Assembly (NCBI GenBank): GCA_963668695.2 | Contig: CAXXLQ010000001.1 | Coordinates: 69,807 to 133,806, forward strand | Origin: Vicinamibacteria bacterium | Lineage (GTDB): Bacteria > Acidobacteriota > Vicinamibacteria > Marinacidobacterales > Marinacidobacteraceae | Direction: 5' to 3' | Length of the DNA: 64,000 bases | Shown here: in pieces, positions 27,423 to 37,659 of the stretch | Position numbering within the stretch: position 1 is the first letter of the stretch | Layout: each line of letters begins with the position of its first letter | Made by a program: the position numbers and the translations under genes | Notes under the pieces: generated by a model | Databases searched by the model: none | Told to the model about the DNA's origin: nothing | What the model saw: the letters and a program-made list of their open reading frames with translations, nothing else

Positions 27423-27728
27423 GCCCCCCGCGCCCGAACCGCGCGGCGCTGCGCGCCGGGCTTCCGAAGTGCGGCGGGAGCCGCACGGAGACCCCGGAGC
27501 GGGAGGGGGTGGGGTCGGGAGACCCGACTCCCAGGCTCGGGCTTCCGAAGTGCGGCGGGAGCCGCACGGAGACCCCGGAGCGGGAGGGGGTGGGGTCGGG
27601 AGACCCGACTCCCAGCCGCTCCTGGCTCGGGAATCGCAACTCCCTTGCCCGCTGTTGGCGGGCGGCGGCGAGTTTCGATTCACGTTGTCTTCTTGTGAAA
27701 GGGGAGGGCCCCTTTCACACTTTCCCCC
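27423..27728 (+). repeat. Family D mosaic repeat: leader, 2 x 81-bp module B, spacer module, terminal hairpin
   Basis: cttccgaagt recurs at 27461 and 27542 (period 81). Then ctcgggaatcgcaactcccttgcccgc...gagtttcgatt. The hairpin tgtgaaaggggagggcccctttcaca plus ctttccccc spans 27694-27728. Confidence 0.8.
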
Positions 27729-27877
27729 GAACTGACGACTGCGAGCCATGTTCGCCGTCGTCAGTGCGTCGCCCGGTCCGGGGGAGCGCCGCCGGAACGG
27801 TCCGGATTACGGCGGGTACGGTATTGGGCCGCGGCATCGGGTCGGTGGGTGCGGCGCGCCGGCCCCGCACGCCACGC

Positions 27878-28774
27878 CTACATCATCCGCTGGACGATGC
27901 GGTCCCGCTGCTCTTGGGTGATGGCTTCCGAAACGTGGGAAACCGGCAGCGCCCCGCCGTCCAGAATCGGCTCGAGCGCGTGCAGCGGCGGGACCGCCTG
28001 ATCCTGATAGAAGAGCCCGGTGTAGATCTTCTCGTCCCACTCCATTGCCCGTTCGCACGCGGTTTTCCAATCCGAGGGATCGTGGTTCTCATCCTCGAGC
28101 AGTGAGATCCGCTGGCGGAAGAAGTCGTAGGTGTTGTCGCGGTTGAAGGTGACACACGGACTGAAGACATCAATCACCGCGAATCCCCGATGCTCGATGG
28201 CGCCCTTGATCAGCCGGACCAGCTGCTTCATGTTGCCGGAGAACCCGCGCGCCACATAGGTGGCTCCGTTCATGATGGCCGAGGTGATCGGATTCACCGG
28301 TCGCTCGATGTTCCCGAACGGCGTGCTCTTGGTCTTCATTCCCAGGCTGCTGCTCGGGGAGATCTGTCCGGTGGTGAGCCCGTAGATCTGATTGTTCATC
28401 ACCAGGTAAGTGAGATCCACGTTGCGGCGGGCCGTGTGGGTGAAGTGGTTGCCGCCGATGCCATAGCCGTCTCCATCGCCGCCGGTGACCAGGACGGTGA
28501 GCGTCTGGTTGGCCATCTTCACCCCGGTGGCTACCGCGAGCGACCGCCCGTGGAGGGTGTGCATACCGTAGGAGTTGAAGTAACCGGGGAAGTTCGAGGA
28601 ACAACCGATCCCGCTCACGCACACGATCTGGTGCGGGGAAAGGCCCAGATCGGCCACGGACACCTGGGTGGCCCGCAACAGAGCGAAGTCGCCGCAGCCT
28701 GGACACCAGTCCGGGTCGACCTTCCCCTTGAAGTCTTTGGCGGTCAGTGGCTTTTCCCTGAGTTCGATAGTCAT
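27878..28774 (-). CDS. korB: 2-oxoacid:ferredoxin oxidoreductase, beta (TPP-binding) subunit
   Basis: 298 aa. Has WCPGCGDFALL and GGDGDGYGIGGNHF motifs. Sits directly downstream of the alpha subunit. Confidence 0.9.
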   Translation of the reverse strand: MTIELREKPLTAKDFKGKVDPDWCPGCGDFALLRATQVSVADLGLSPHQIVCVSGIGCSSNFPGYFNSYGMHTLHGRSLAVATGVKMANQTLTVLVTGGDGDGYGIGGNHFTHTARRNVDLTYLVMNNQIYGLTTGQISPSSSLGMKTKSTPFGNIERPVNPITSAIMNGATYVARGFSGNMKQLVRLIKGAIEHRGFAVIDVFSPCVTFNRDNTYDFFRQRISLLEDENHDPSDWKTACERAMEWDEKIYTGLFYQDQAVPPLHALEPILDGGALPVSHVSEAITQEQRDRIVQRMM

Positions 28775-28826
28775 TGGGTCTCCTGTTGGTGTCTCCGGCG
28801 GGGTGGGGGTGCTAAACGATCATTTC

Positions 28827-30614
28827 CTAGACAATTATTTCCTGGTCCGGCACGAACACGCCGCCGGGGACTGCGTCTTCGAGATGCGCCCGGACACCGT
28901 CGGCGATGTGATGCGGCATGAACGGCTCGCCATCGTACTTGCGGATGTGTCCGTCGGCGGTAATACCCGTCTCACTCCGCAGGAACCGGTGGAACTGTCC
29001 CGAGTAGTTGTTTTCGATGATGAGCGTCTTCCGAGCACCGGAGAGCGCCTTGATGATGGCTTCGGCGTGGAAAGGCAGAATCCACTTCACGGCGACCCGG
29101 TTTACCTTCACTCCGTCCGCTTGGAGCTGTTCCATCGCTTCGCTGATGACTCCGGCCGTGGAACCCCAGCCCACCAGAGTGACCTCCGCGTCCTTCTCCC
29201 CTTCGAGTTCGGGGGCGGGAACGCGTGAGAGGTAGTCGTCCATCTTCCGAGCCCGCTTCTCCACCATCTGGCGGCGCTTGATCGGGTTCGTGAACTCGTC
29301 CGAAATGAGGATGCCTTCCTCGTCGTGTTCGTCGGTGGCGACCACATGGACATGGCCCGGAACCCCGGGTACGGCCCGCGGGGAGATACCGTCGCTGGTA
29401 TCCAGGTAGCGGTTGTAGGGCCCCGCAGCACCATTCGCCTCGCGGATCAGCTGCCCGCGATCGATGGGCGGGAACATGTCGATGTCGCCCGGCGGAACGC
29501 TGAAGGTTCCTTCGGAAATGAGCAGATCGGAGAGGACGATGGCCGGACACTGGTAGCGATCGATGAGGTTGAACACCTCACCGATCGTGGTGAAAGCATC
29601 GTGAGCACTCTGGGGCGCCACCACAATCCGTTCGAAGTCGCCCTGGCTGGCTCCCAGCGCCTGCCAGAGATCTCCCTGCTCGGTCTTCGTGGGAACTCCG
29701 GTCGAAGGCCCGGCGCGCATTACGTTGATGAAGACCACCGGGATCTCCATCATGGCCGCCGATCCGATGGCTTCGGTCATGAGCGCGAAACCGCCGCCCG
29801 AGGTGGCGCACATCGTGCGGGCGCCGGTATGGGCGGCGCCTATCGCCATGTTGGCGACTCCGATCTCGTCCTCGACCTGGCGCACCATGATCCCGAGCTC
29901 GCGGGCGTTCTTGGCCATCCAGTGGAGCACTCCGGTCGCGGGGCTCATGGGATAGGCGCAATAGAACTTGACCCCCGCGGCCGCCCCTCCCATCGCCAGG
30001 GCGTCGTTCCCGGTCCACACCGCGAGCGGCTCCGGGTTCTTGGGCAGGGGGTTCGCCAGCGCCGTGAAGTGGGCGCTCGCGTACTCGTAACCGGCGCGGG
30101 CTACGGCGACGTTCGAAGAAACCACCGCCTCGCCTTTTCTCGCGAACTGAAGGACGAGCGCGCCCTCGAGCACCTCGAAATCGAGTCCGAGCACATGGGC
30201 CATTACGCCCAGCGCGGCAGTGTTCTGCGCCAGCTTGTTCTTGGCGTCCCCGGTGAACTCGCTCACCGGCATGCCACAGAGATGAACGCCGGCCTGGTGC
30301 TCTCCGGGGGTGATGGTGTCGGCGTTGTACACCGCGTGGGCACCGGGGCCCAGATGGCGCAGATGGCGCGTCATGGTGTCCTGGTTCAGGCAAAGGAGCA
30401 GGTCGATCCGATCACCGTGCGAGAGCGCCTCCTGTTCCCGAACCCGCATGGTCAGGAGAATGTGTCCACCCCGGATGATGGACTGATACGCGTTGTAAGC
30501 GTTCAGGTGGAGCCCCCGGCGAACGAACATCCGGGCAAGGATGTTGCCGGGCGTGGCAATTCCCTGCCCGGCAGCACCTCCAATGGCGATGGCGAAATCG
30601 AAACCTTGTGACAT
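28827..30614 (-). CDS. korA: 2-oxoacid:ferredoxin oxidoreductase, alpha subunit (gamma-alpha fused type)
   Basis: Track ORF 28827..30836, trimmed to ATG 30614. MSQGFDFAIAIGGAAGQGIATPGNILA is a gamma-domain start, followed by the alpha-domain core (YPMSPATG). Confidence 0.9.
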   Translation of the reverse strand: MSQGFDFAIAIGGAAGQGIATPGNILARMFVRRGLHLNAYNAYQSIIRGGHILLTMRVREQEALSHGDRIDLLLCLNQDTMTRHLRHLGPGAHAVYNADTITPGEHQAGVHLCGMPVSEFTGDAKNKLAQNTAALGVMAHVLGLDFEVLEGALVLQFARKGEAVVSSNVAVARAGYEYASAHFTALANPLPKNPEPLAVWTGNDALAMGGAAAGVKFYCAYPMSPATGVLHWMAKNARELGIMVRQVEDEIGVANMAIGAAHTGARTMCATSGGGFALMTEAIGSAAMMEIPVVFINVMRAGPSTGVPTKTEQGDLWQALGASQGDFERIVVAPQSAHDAFTTIGEVFNLIDRYQCPAIVLSDLLISEGTFSVPPGDIDMFPPIDRGQLIREANGAAGPYNRYLDTSDGISPRAVPGVPGHVHVVATDEHDEEGILISDEFTNPIKRRQMVEKRARKMDDYLSRVPAPELEGEKDAEVTLVGWGSTAGVISEAMEQLQADGVKVNRVAVKWILPFHAEAIIKALSGARKTLIIENNYSGQFHRFLRSETGITADGHIRKYDGEPFMPHHIADGVRAHLEDAVPGGVFVPDQEIIV

Positions 30615-30855
30615 GTGCGAGTGCGTGACCTTCTTTGACGGATGAACCCTGACGGAGTTCCTTGACCGGACGCGCCGGTCCTGCGGAGTCCGCTCTTTCC
30701 CAAAAGCGAGCGGGCGACGCAAAGTAAGCCGGAAAATTCTATCACCCGGGGAAAGTCGGCCTCCGGACGGAAAACCGGAGGCGGAGTGCCGTGCGCCCCC
30801 GCGCTCGCCCGGTAGTGTCTTTTCAAAGCGAGACACTACCCCTCGCCCCGCTCCG

Positions 30856-30885
30856 TTGACAAGCGGTCGTGTGCGCGCCTACTAT
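30856..30885 (+). promoter_or_regulatory. Sigma70-like promoter upstream of rpsA (TTGACA-18 nt-TACTAT)
   Basis: ttgaca at 30856-30861, an 18-nt spacer, then tactat at 30880-30885. This would give a ~140-nt leader before ATG 31033. Sequence match only. Confidence 0.5.
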
Positions 30886-31032
30886 GGGCGACTCCCCGCG
30901 TCACTACGGCGTTCGCCGCCGGGCCTGAAGGTTCATGGAGAGTGTCTGAGCGGGGTAAGAGGGGTCTTCGGCGCGGATGGGTTCCCCCGTACGCCCGAAC
31001 TCCCCCGCTTAACCAAGAGGTTTTTTTGTTCA

Positions 31033-32907
31033 ATGAGAGAGGGTATGCCCGAAACGGATGAGGGAGCGGCCGCCGTGGCGGTCGGTAGTGAGTTGGCCGG
31101 GGAGCAGACTCCCGCGGCTATCGCCGGGGACGCGACGGAATCCCTGGCTGAAGAGGCGGTTGCGGGCCCCGAAGCGGTAGCCGAGGTTGCGGAATCCGCG
31201 AACTCGACGGGAAACGGCTCCGCCCCTGCTCAGGATGGCGCCCCATCGGTGGTGTCAGTGGAGGAGGCTGCCGAATTCGAGGCCTTCCTGGACCAGTACC
31301 AAACCCACATGGTGGAAGGAGACATCGTCACGGGCACGGTCCTCCACATGACGGATTCGGACGTGATCGTGGATGTCGGCTACAAGTCGGAGGGCATCAT
31401 CTCGCTTGACGAATTCCGGGATGTCGATGGAAATGTCCGGATTCGCGAAGGGGACGAGATCGATGTGCTCGTCCAGCGGGCCGACAACCGTCGCGGCCAC
31501 CTCGTGCTTTCCCATCGGAAAGCCGAGAAGATGAAGGTCTGGAACCAGATCGAGGACGCCTTCGAGAAGCAGACGCCGGTGCGGGGGCGGGTCGTTGACC
31601 GGATCCGGGGCGGACTGGAGGTCGATATCGGGGAAATCGGGGTGCGCGGCTTTCTCCCCGGTTCGCAGGTGGATCTGCGTCCCGTACGGAACCTCGGCAG
31701 CTACAAGGGTCGCGAACTCGAACTGCGCGTCATCAAGCTGAACAAGCGTCGCGGCAACATCGTGCTCTCGCGCCGGGTGGTTCTCGAAGAGGAAAAGACG
31801 AAGACCCTCGCGGCGCTCGAAGTCGGGCGGGTGTTCCGGGGCGAAGTGCGCGATCTCACCGAGTACGGAGCGTTTGTGGACATCGGTGGCATTTGCGGCC
31901 TTCTCCACATTCGGGAGATGTCCTTCCGCCGGCTTGAGCATCCTTCGGAGCTCATGAAGGTGGGTGACCAGATCGAGGTGGTCATCCTCCGGTTCGATGC
32001 GGAGGCGGAGCGGGTCTCCCTCGGCTACAAGCAGCTCAACGTGGATCCCTGGACGACCGCCCACGAGCGCTATGCGGTGGGAACCCGGGTCCGTGGGAAG
32101 GTAGTCAGCATCACCGACTACGGCGCTTTCATCGAGATGGAGCCCGGAGTTGAGGGACTCATCCATGTGAGCGAGATGAGCTGGAGCAGCCGGACCAAAC
32201 ATCCTTCCAAGCTGCTTGCCAAGGGCGACTTCGTCGAAGCCATGGTGCTCCGGGTCGACTTCAAGTCCCGGCGGATCAGCCTCGGTCTCAAGCAGGTGGA
32301 ACCGAATCCGTGGCCGCGGCTTGCCGAGCAGTACCCCATCGGTTCGCGGCTCACCGGGACGGTACGAAAGTTCACTGACTTCGGCGCCTTCGTCGAAGTG
32401 GACAGCTCAATTGATGGCCTGATACACATTTCCGACCTCAGTTGGAACAAGCGGGTGAACCATCCTTCCGAAGTCCTCAACGTCGGCGACGAGGTGGAGA
32501 CCGTGGTGCTGAGCATCGATCCCGAGAACCGCCGCCTGTCGCTCGGACTCAAGCAGCTTTCGGATGATGCCTGGGAGGGCTTCTTCACCCGGCATCAGGA
32601 AGGCGATCTGGTGGACGGGACCGTGATCCGCTTCGCGGATTTCGGAGCCTTCGTCCAGATCGAGGAAGGGATCGAAGGCCTGTTGCGCCTGAACGACATT
32701 GACGAGCCACCGCCATCCAAGGCGGAGGAACGGCTGCACCTGGGGCAGCCGCTCAAGTTGCGGATCGTGCGGCTCAGCCGTGATGATCGTAAAGTGGGAC
32801 TCTCGCTCAGGGCTGCCGAGGAGGGATATTCCGGACACGGCGATTCCGGACACGGCGAATCGGGTGGTGAGGTGTCCGTCAAGATCGGAGACGTTTGGAA
32901 GAGGTGA
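31033..32907 (+). CDS. rpsA: 30S ribosomal protein S1 (six S1 domains) with an acidic/Ala-rich N-terminal extension
   Basis: Track ORF 30856..32907, trimmed to ATG 31033. Has repeated S1 motifs (G.V...T.YGAF(V/I)..., GL(I/L)H(I/V)S(E/D)). Confidence 0.9.
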   Translation: MREGMPETDEGAAAVAVGSELAGEQTPAAIAGDATESLAEEAVAGPEAVAEVAESANSTGNGSAPAQDGAPSVVSVEEAAEFEAFLDQYQTHMVEGDIVTGTVLHMTDSDVIVDVGYKSEGIISLDEFRDVDGNVRIREGDEIDVLVQRADNRRGHLVLSHRKAEKMKVWNQIEDAFEKQTPVRGRVVDRIRGGLEVDIGEIGVRGFLPGSQVDLRPVRNLGSYKGRELELRVIKLNKRRGNIVLSRRVVLEEEKTKTLAALEVGRVFRGEVRDLTEYGAFVDIGGICGLLHIREMSFRRLEHPSELMKVGDQIEVVILRFDAEAERVSLGYKQLNVDPWTTAHERYAVGTRVRGKVVSITDYGAFIEMEPGVEGLIHVSEMSWSSRTKHPSKLLAKGDFVEAMVLRVDFKSRRISLGLKQVEPNPWPRLAEQYPIGSRLTGTVRKFTDFGAFVEVDSSIDGLIHISDLSWNKRVNHPSEVLNVGDEVETVVLSIDPENRRLSLGLKQLSDDAWEGFFTRHQEGDLVDGTVIRFADFGAFVQIEEGIEGLLRLNDIDEPPPSKAEERLHLGQPLKLRIVRLSRDDRKVGLSLRAAEEGYSGHGDSGHGESGGEVSVKIGDVWKR

Positions 32908-33224
32908 ACGACACAGCGATCACCCGCGCCCGCCTGGCTGCGGAGGTGTCGGAGGCCACGGGGATTACGCGTCGCGAAGCTGACCTCATCGTGGAGGCGG
33001 TTTTCGGCGCGATCGCCGGGGCTCTTCGTTCCGGAGACGAGGTGGAGATTCGCGGATTCGGCAGTTTCCGTTTACGAAGCCGAAAGGCGCGCCTCACGCG
33101 CAATCCGCGAACGGGTGAACAGATTACGGTGCCTCCGAAACGGGTGCCGTTCTTTCGAGCCGGAAAGGCTCTCCGCGACCGCCTCAATCGGGAGCCGAGC
33201 GAAGAGCCGTTGGGGGCGACCTAG
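32895..33224 (+). CDS. IHF/HU-family DNA-binding protein (IHF-beta-like)
   Basis: RGFGSFRLRSRKARLTRNPRTGEQITVPPKRVPFFRAGKALRDRLN. Start is TTG 32895 or GTG 32904, the latter overlapping the rpsA stop. Its stop TAG (33222-33224) lies in the CTAG end of the next repeat element. Confidence 0.85.
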   Translation: MEEVNDTAITRARLAAEVSEATGITRREADLIVEAVFGAIAGALRSGDEVEIRGFGSFRLRSRKARLTRNPRTGEQITVPPKRVPFFRAGKALRDRLNREPSEEPLGAT

Positions 33225-33479
33225 CAGCCCGTGGCAAAACCCACGCGGCCCAGTTCTCCCGGTGGGGGCTCGGCTGGCGATCCATCCCGCCCGAACCACT
33301 CCGCTTCGCTCCGTTCTTCGTTGCGTTTCGGTCGGAATACACCCGGGCCAGTTCTCCCGGTGGGGGCTCCTCCCTCACGCGCCTTGTCGGCCGGGCCCCC
33401 ACCGGGAGGACTGGCCCCACCGGGAGAACTGGGCCTCACCGACCTCGGCGCTCACGTGGGTTTCACCACAGGCTGCTAG
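33221..33479. mobile_element. MITE-like repeat element, family A, complete copy
   Basis: Ends are ctagcagcccgtggcaaaacccacgcgg and cacgtgggtttcaccacaggctgctag. All the internal A modules are present. Confidence 0.7.
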
Positions 33480-33598
33480 CCCGCTGCGGTTCGTGGCCTC
33501 CGGGCCGGTGGGAGAAGGCCGCGGCCTCGGCTGGAGTGCTACGGTCCGGTAAGCGCCGTTTCCAGCCGTCATCGCGGCGCGGCAGTGCTATTGGAAAC

Positions 33599-33858
33599 TG
33601 AACAGCCCGTGAATGAAGTCAAGTGGCCCGGTTCTCCCGGTGGGGGCTCGGCCGGCGATGCATCCCGGCTGAACCGCCCCCCCACCGGGAGAACTGGCGC
33701 TTCGCGTCGCTCATCGTTGCGCTTCAGTCGAAATACGCTGGGTATTCCTCCTTCGCGCGCCCTGTCAGCCGGGCCCCCACCGGGAGGACTGGCCCCACCG
33801 GGAGAACTGGGCCTCCCCGGTCTCGGCCCTCACATCACTCCATCCACGGGCTGTTGAG
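33599..33858. mobile_element. MITE-like repeat element, family A variant (CAGCCCGTG...CACGGGCTG ends)
   Basis: Ends are gaacagcccgtgaatgaagtcaagtgg and ccatccacgggctgttgag. Internal A modules are present. It ends at the nucleotide before the first possible icmF start codon. Confidence 0.65.
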
Positions 33859-36800
33859 TTGAGCACGTCCGTCACCCTGTCCCCGGCCGGATCTCCGGCC
33901 TCCCGGGCCCCTTTCGATCCGCTCGCCGAGCTTCCGCTCCGCTTCATCACGGGGACCGCGCTGTTTGACGGTCACGATGCCTCGATCCATGTATTCCGAC
34001 GGTTGTTGCAGCGGAGTGGCGCCGAGGTCGTTCATCTTGGGCACAACCGAGCCGCCGGGGAGATAGCCGCCGCGGCGCTCGAGGAGGACGCGGACGCCAT
34101 CGCCGTGTCCTCCTACCAGGGGGGGCACAACGAGTTCTTCCGCTATCTGGTTGATCTGTTGCGGGAGGCGGGACGAGGCAACATCCGGGTCTTCGGTGGC
34201 GGCGGAGGAGTGATCCGCCCCGAAGAAGCGGCTGCCCTCGAGGCGTACGGGGTGGCGCGGATCTACTCGCCTGGGGACGATCGGGTGGACGGCATCGAAG
34301 GCATCGTGGCCGACATGTTGGGAGACGCCGGCGAGGCCCGTGCCGCCCGTCCGCGGGCCTCCTTCGCTTCGCTCAGCGAGGATCTCGCGGGTGAGGATCC
34401 GCTTCGCCGGAACGGCGCGGCTGCCCGGCTGATCAGTTTGGCGGAAAGTGAGGGGCTTGACGCCGCCGACCGAGCCGCGCTCCCGGGGCACATTCGGTCG
34501 TCCGCTCCCGTACTGGGGATCACCGGTACGGGAGGCGCGGGAAAGAGTTCGGTCCTCGACGAATTACTCGTCAGATTCCGGACTGAACGACCGGATCTGG
34601 GATCGGGGTCGGTGAGCCGGATCGGCGTGCTCGCGGTCGACCCTTCGAAGCGGCGAACCGGCGGTGCATTACTGGGAGACCGCATTCGGCTCAACGCGAT
34701 CGGGGGTACGGAGGTGTTCGTCCGGAGTCTGGCCACCCGCCACTCGGGGACGGAACTCGCCACCGTCGTGGACGACGCGCTGCTGATTCTGCGGGCTGCG
34801 GGCTGCGGTCTGCTGGTCGTGGAAACCGGGGGAATCGGGCAGGGCGATTCGCGAATCGTGGATATCAGCGATTTCTCCCTCTACGTGATGACCTCCGACT
34901 ACGGCGCCGAGAGTCAGCTCGAAAAGATCGACATGCTGGACCTGGCGGACGCGGTGGCGCTGAACAAGGCCGATCATCCGGGCGCCGAGGATGCGCTCTT
35001 CGCGGTGCGGCGCGCCTTCCAGCGGGCTCGCTCACTTCCGCGCCACGCCCCGGCGCCCGTTCTGGCGACGGTGGCGAGCCGGTTTGCGGACCCGGGTCTC
35101 GACCGGCTCTACGCCGTCGTCCGGGAGGGACTGGCCGGAAGGGATACGGCGCTGCCGTCTCACGTCAGTGATCGTCCCGACGATCTGCTCGCCGACGTGC
35201 GCCTCATCCCTCCGGCGCGGGCCGGCTACCTGGCCGAGATTGCCGATACGCTGCGAGGCGAGAGGGACCGGGTTGCCGCCGAGGCGGATCGGGCTGCGAG
35301 AATCGAGCACCTCGAGGCGGCACTCGATGAACTGCGCGCCGGCGGCGGCGCCGAGGAGGCCGTGCCGGCTTTGGAGGCACGCCTGCGGGAGGTCCGCGCC
35401 GAACTCGACCCCGAGAGCCGGGAGCTGCTGGCCGGGTGGTCCGATCTGGCGGCTCGCTATCGGGCGCCCCGCTACCGAACTCAGGTTCGGGACCGGGTGC
35501 GCGAGTTCGGTACCCACCGGGAAACTCTCTCCGGAACCCGGCTTCCGCGGGTCGCTCTTCCGGGCTTTACGGGCAATCGGGACAGGTTGCGCTTCCTTCT
35601 CGAAGAGAACCTGCCGGGCCACTACCCGTTTACCGCCGGAGTCTTCCCGTTCCGAAGAGAGGAAGAGAGTCCGCGGCGTCAATTCGCCGGGGAAGGCGGC
35701 CCGGGGCGCACCAACCGGAGGTTCCACCTGCTGGCCGATTCCGAAGCGGCGACGCGGCTCTCGGTCGCCTTCGACAGCGTGACCCTCTACGGAGACGATC
35801 CTGCCCGGCGGCCGGACATCTTCGGAAAAATCGGCGAAGGGGGCGTGTCGATCGCCACCCTCGACGACATGTGCGAACTGTTCCGGGGGTTCCGCCTCAC
35901 CGATCCGGCGACCAGCGTTTCCATGACCATCAACGGTCCGGCTCCGCTGATCCTCGCAATGTTCCTGAACGCCGCGGTACGGCAGGAGCTTCAGGCCTTC
36001 GAGGACGAGCACGAACGCCCGCCTTCCGCGGACGAGTCCGCAGAACTGAAAGCCGCGACCCTGAAGACGGTGCGCGGGACGGTGCAGGCCGACATCCTCA
36101 AGGAGGACCAGGCTCAGAACACCTGCATCTTTTCCACCGGCTTCGCGCTTCGGCTGATGGGCGACGTCCAGGAGTTCTTCATCCGGAACGAGGTCCGCAA
36201 CTTCTATTCGGTTTCCATTTCCGGGTACCACATCGCCGAGGCGGGGGCGAATCCCATCACGCAGCTCGCCTTCACCCTGGCCAACGGCTTCACCTACGTC
36301 GAGTACTACCTCGCCCGGGGTCTGCCGATCGACGCCTTCGCGCCGAACCTTTCCTTCTTCTTCAGCAACGGTCTCGATGCCGAGTACGCCGTCATGGCCC
36401 GCGTGGCCCGGCGGATCTGGGCGCGCGCCATGAAGCTCCGCTACCGCGCCGGAGAGCGGAGCCAGAAATTCAAGGTCCACATCCAGACTTCGGGCCGTTC
36501 GCTCCACGCCCAGGAGGTGCAGTTCAACGACATCCGGACGACGCTTCAGGCGCTCGTCGCGACGAATGACAACTGCAACTCGCTCCATACCAACGCCTAC
36601 GACGAGGCCATCACCACTCCCACTCCGGAATCGGTGCGGCGGGCGGTGGCCATCCAGAAAATCATCCGCAACGAGTTCGGTATGGCCTGGAACGAGAATC
36701 CCTTGTCGGGTTCGTTCGTCGTCGCTCAGCTCACGGATCTCGTGGAGGAAGCGGTACTCGCGGAATTCGATCGTCTCAATGCCCGTGGCGGAGTGCTGGC

Positions 36801-37173
36801 GGCGATGGAGCGCCAGTACCAGCGAAACCGGATCCAGGAAGAGTCGCTCTTGTACGAGACCCGGAAAGACTCCGGCGAGATTCCGATCATCGGAGTGAAC
36901 ACCTTCCTGGCGGAGCCGGATTCCGGGTCTCCCGAACAGGTTCCGCTCGCGCGCTCCACACCGGAGGAGAAAGAGGACCAGGTGGCGCGGGTGGAGGCGT
37001 TTCGGCGACGCCACGGGGCGGCGGCGCCGGAAGCGCTCCGGAGGCTCAAGGAAGTGGCGCGTACCGGCGGCGATGTCTTCGCTGAACTGATGGAGACCGT
37101 ACAGGTCACGAGCCTGGGTCAGATCACACAAGCGCTTTACGAGGTCGGCGGTCGCTACCGCCGGGCGATGTGA
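33859..37173 (+). CDS. icmF: Fused isobutyryl-CoA mutase (B12-binding domain, MeaB-like GTPase, mutase domain)
   Basis: 1104 aa. N-terminal B12 domain ([24 protein letters not shown]), P-loop [12 protein letters not shown] plus NKAD, and a C-terminal acyl-CoA mutase TIM-barrel region. The TTG start is uncertain. Confidence 0.85.
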   Translation: MSTSVTLSPAGSPASRAPFDPLAELPLRFITGTALFDGHDASIHVFRRLLQRSGAEVVHLGHNRAAGEIAAAALEEDADAIAVSSYQGGHNEFFRYLVDLLREAGRGNIRVFGGGGGVIRPEEAAALEAYGVARIYSPGDDRVDGIEGIVADMLGDAGEARAARPRASFASLSEDLAGEDPLRRNGAAARLISLAESEGLDAADRAALPGHIRSSAPVLGITGTGGAGKSSVLDELLVRFRTERPDLGSGSVSRIGVLAVDPSKRRTGGALLGDRIRLNAIGGTEVFVRSLATRHSGTELATVVDDALLILRAAGCGLLVVETGGIGQGDSRIVDISDFSLYVMTSDYGAESQLEKIDMLDLADAVALNKADHPGAEDALFAVRRAFQRARSLPRHAPAPVLATVASRFADPGLDRLYAVVREGLAGRDTALPSHVSDRPDDLLADVRLIPPARAGYLAEIADTLRGERDRVAAEADRAARIEHLEAALDELRAGGGAEEAVPALEARLREVRAELDPESRELLAGWSDLAARYRAPRYRTQVRDRVREFGTHRETLSGTRLPRVALPGFTGNRDRLRFLLEENLPGHYPFTAGVFPFRREEESPRRQFAGEGGPGRTNRRFHLLADSEAATRLSVAFDSVTLYGDDPARRPDIFGKIGEGGVSIATLDDMCELFRGFRLTDPATSVSMTINGPAPLILAMFLNAAVRQELQAFEDEHERPPSADESAELKAATLKTVRGTVQADILKEDQAQNTCIFSTGFALRLMGDVQEFFIRNEVRNFYSVSISGYHIAEAGANPITQLAFTLANGFTYVEYYLARGLPIDAFAPNLSFFFSNGLDAEYAVMARVARRIWARAMKLRYRAGERSQKFKVHIQTSGRSLHAQEVQFNDIRTTLQALVATNDNCNSLHTNAYDEAITTPTPESVRRAVAIQKIIRNEFGMAWNENPLSGSFVVAQLTDLVEEAVLAEFDRLNARGGVLAAMERQYQRNRIQEESLLYETRKDSGEIPIIGVNTFLAEPDSGSPEQVPLARSTPEEKEDQVARVEAFRRRHGAAAPEALRRLKEVARTGGDVFAELMETVQVTSLGQITQALYEVGGRYRRAM

Positions 37174-37640
37174 GCGGCGTCTCGGGGCGTTCCACCGGTG
37201 GTACGGCGGCCAACCCGCCGTACCGGATTCTGGTGGCGAAACCAGGCCTCGACGGGCACGACCGGGGTGCGCTGGTGGTCGCGAGGGCGCTCCGCGACGC
37301 GGGCTTTGAGGTCATCTACACCGGGCTGCGGAGAACACCCGAAGAAATTGTCGAAGCCGCGCTTCAGGAAGATGTGGAGGCGGTCGGTGTCTCCATTCTC
37401 TCGGGTGCTCATCGCCCGCTGGTCCGTCGGATCCTCGAGGGACTCGCGCAGCACGGACTCGCGGACGTACCGGTCTTCGTCGGCGGCCTCATTCCGGATC
37501 GCGACGTGGCATATCTCCGCGAGATCGGAGTCGCGGAGGTGTTCGGACCCGATACCCCGACTTCCGAGGCGGCCCGGGCCCTCGGTTTGCGGCTCGCCGA
37601 GCTTCGCCTCCGTCGGGCCGTGCCGGGCTCCGATTCCTGA
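37170..37640 (+). CDS. Stand-alone cobalamin (B12)-binding domain protein (methylmalonyl-CoA mutase C-terminal-domain type)
   Basis: 156 aa. [35 protein letters not shown] carries the DxHxxG motif. Its GTG overlaps the icmF stop. Confidence 0.85.
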   Translation: MSGVSGRSTGGTAANPPYRILVAKPGLDGHDRGALVVARALRDAGFEVIYTGLRRTPEEIVEAALQEDVEAVGVSILSGAHRPLVRRILEGLAQHGLADVPVFVGGLIPDRDVAYLREIGVAEVFGPDTPTSEAARALGLRLAELRLRRAVPGSDS

Positions 37641-37659
37641 CGGCCCGTTGCCCACCGGA

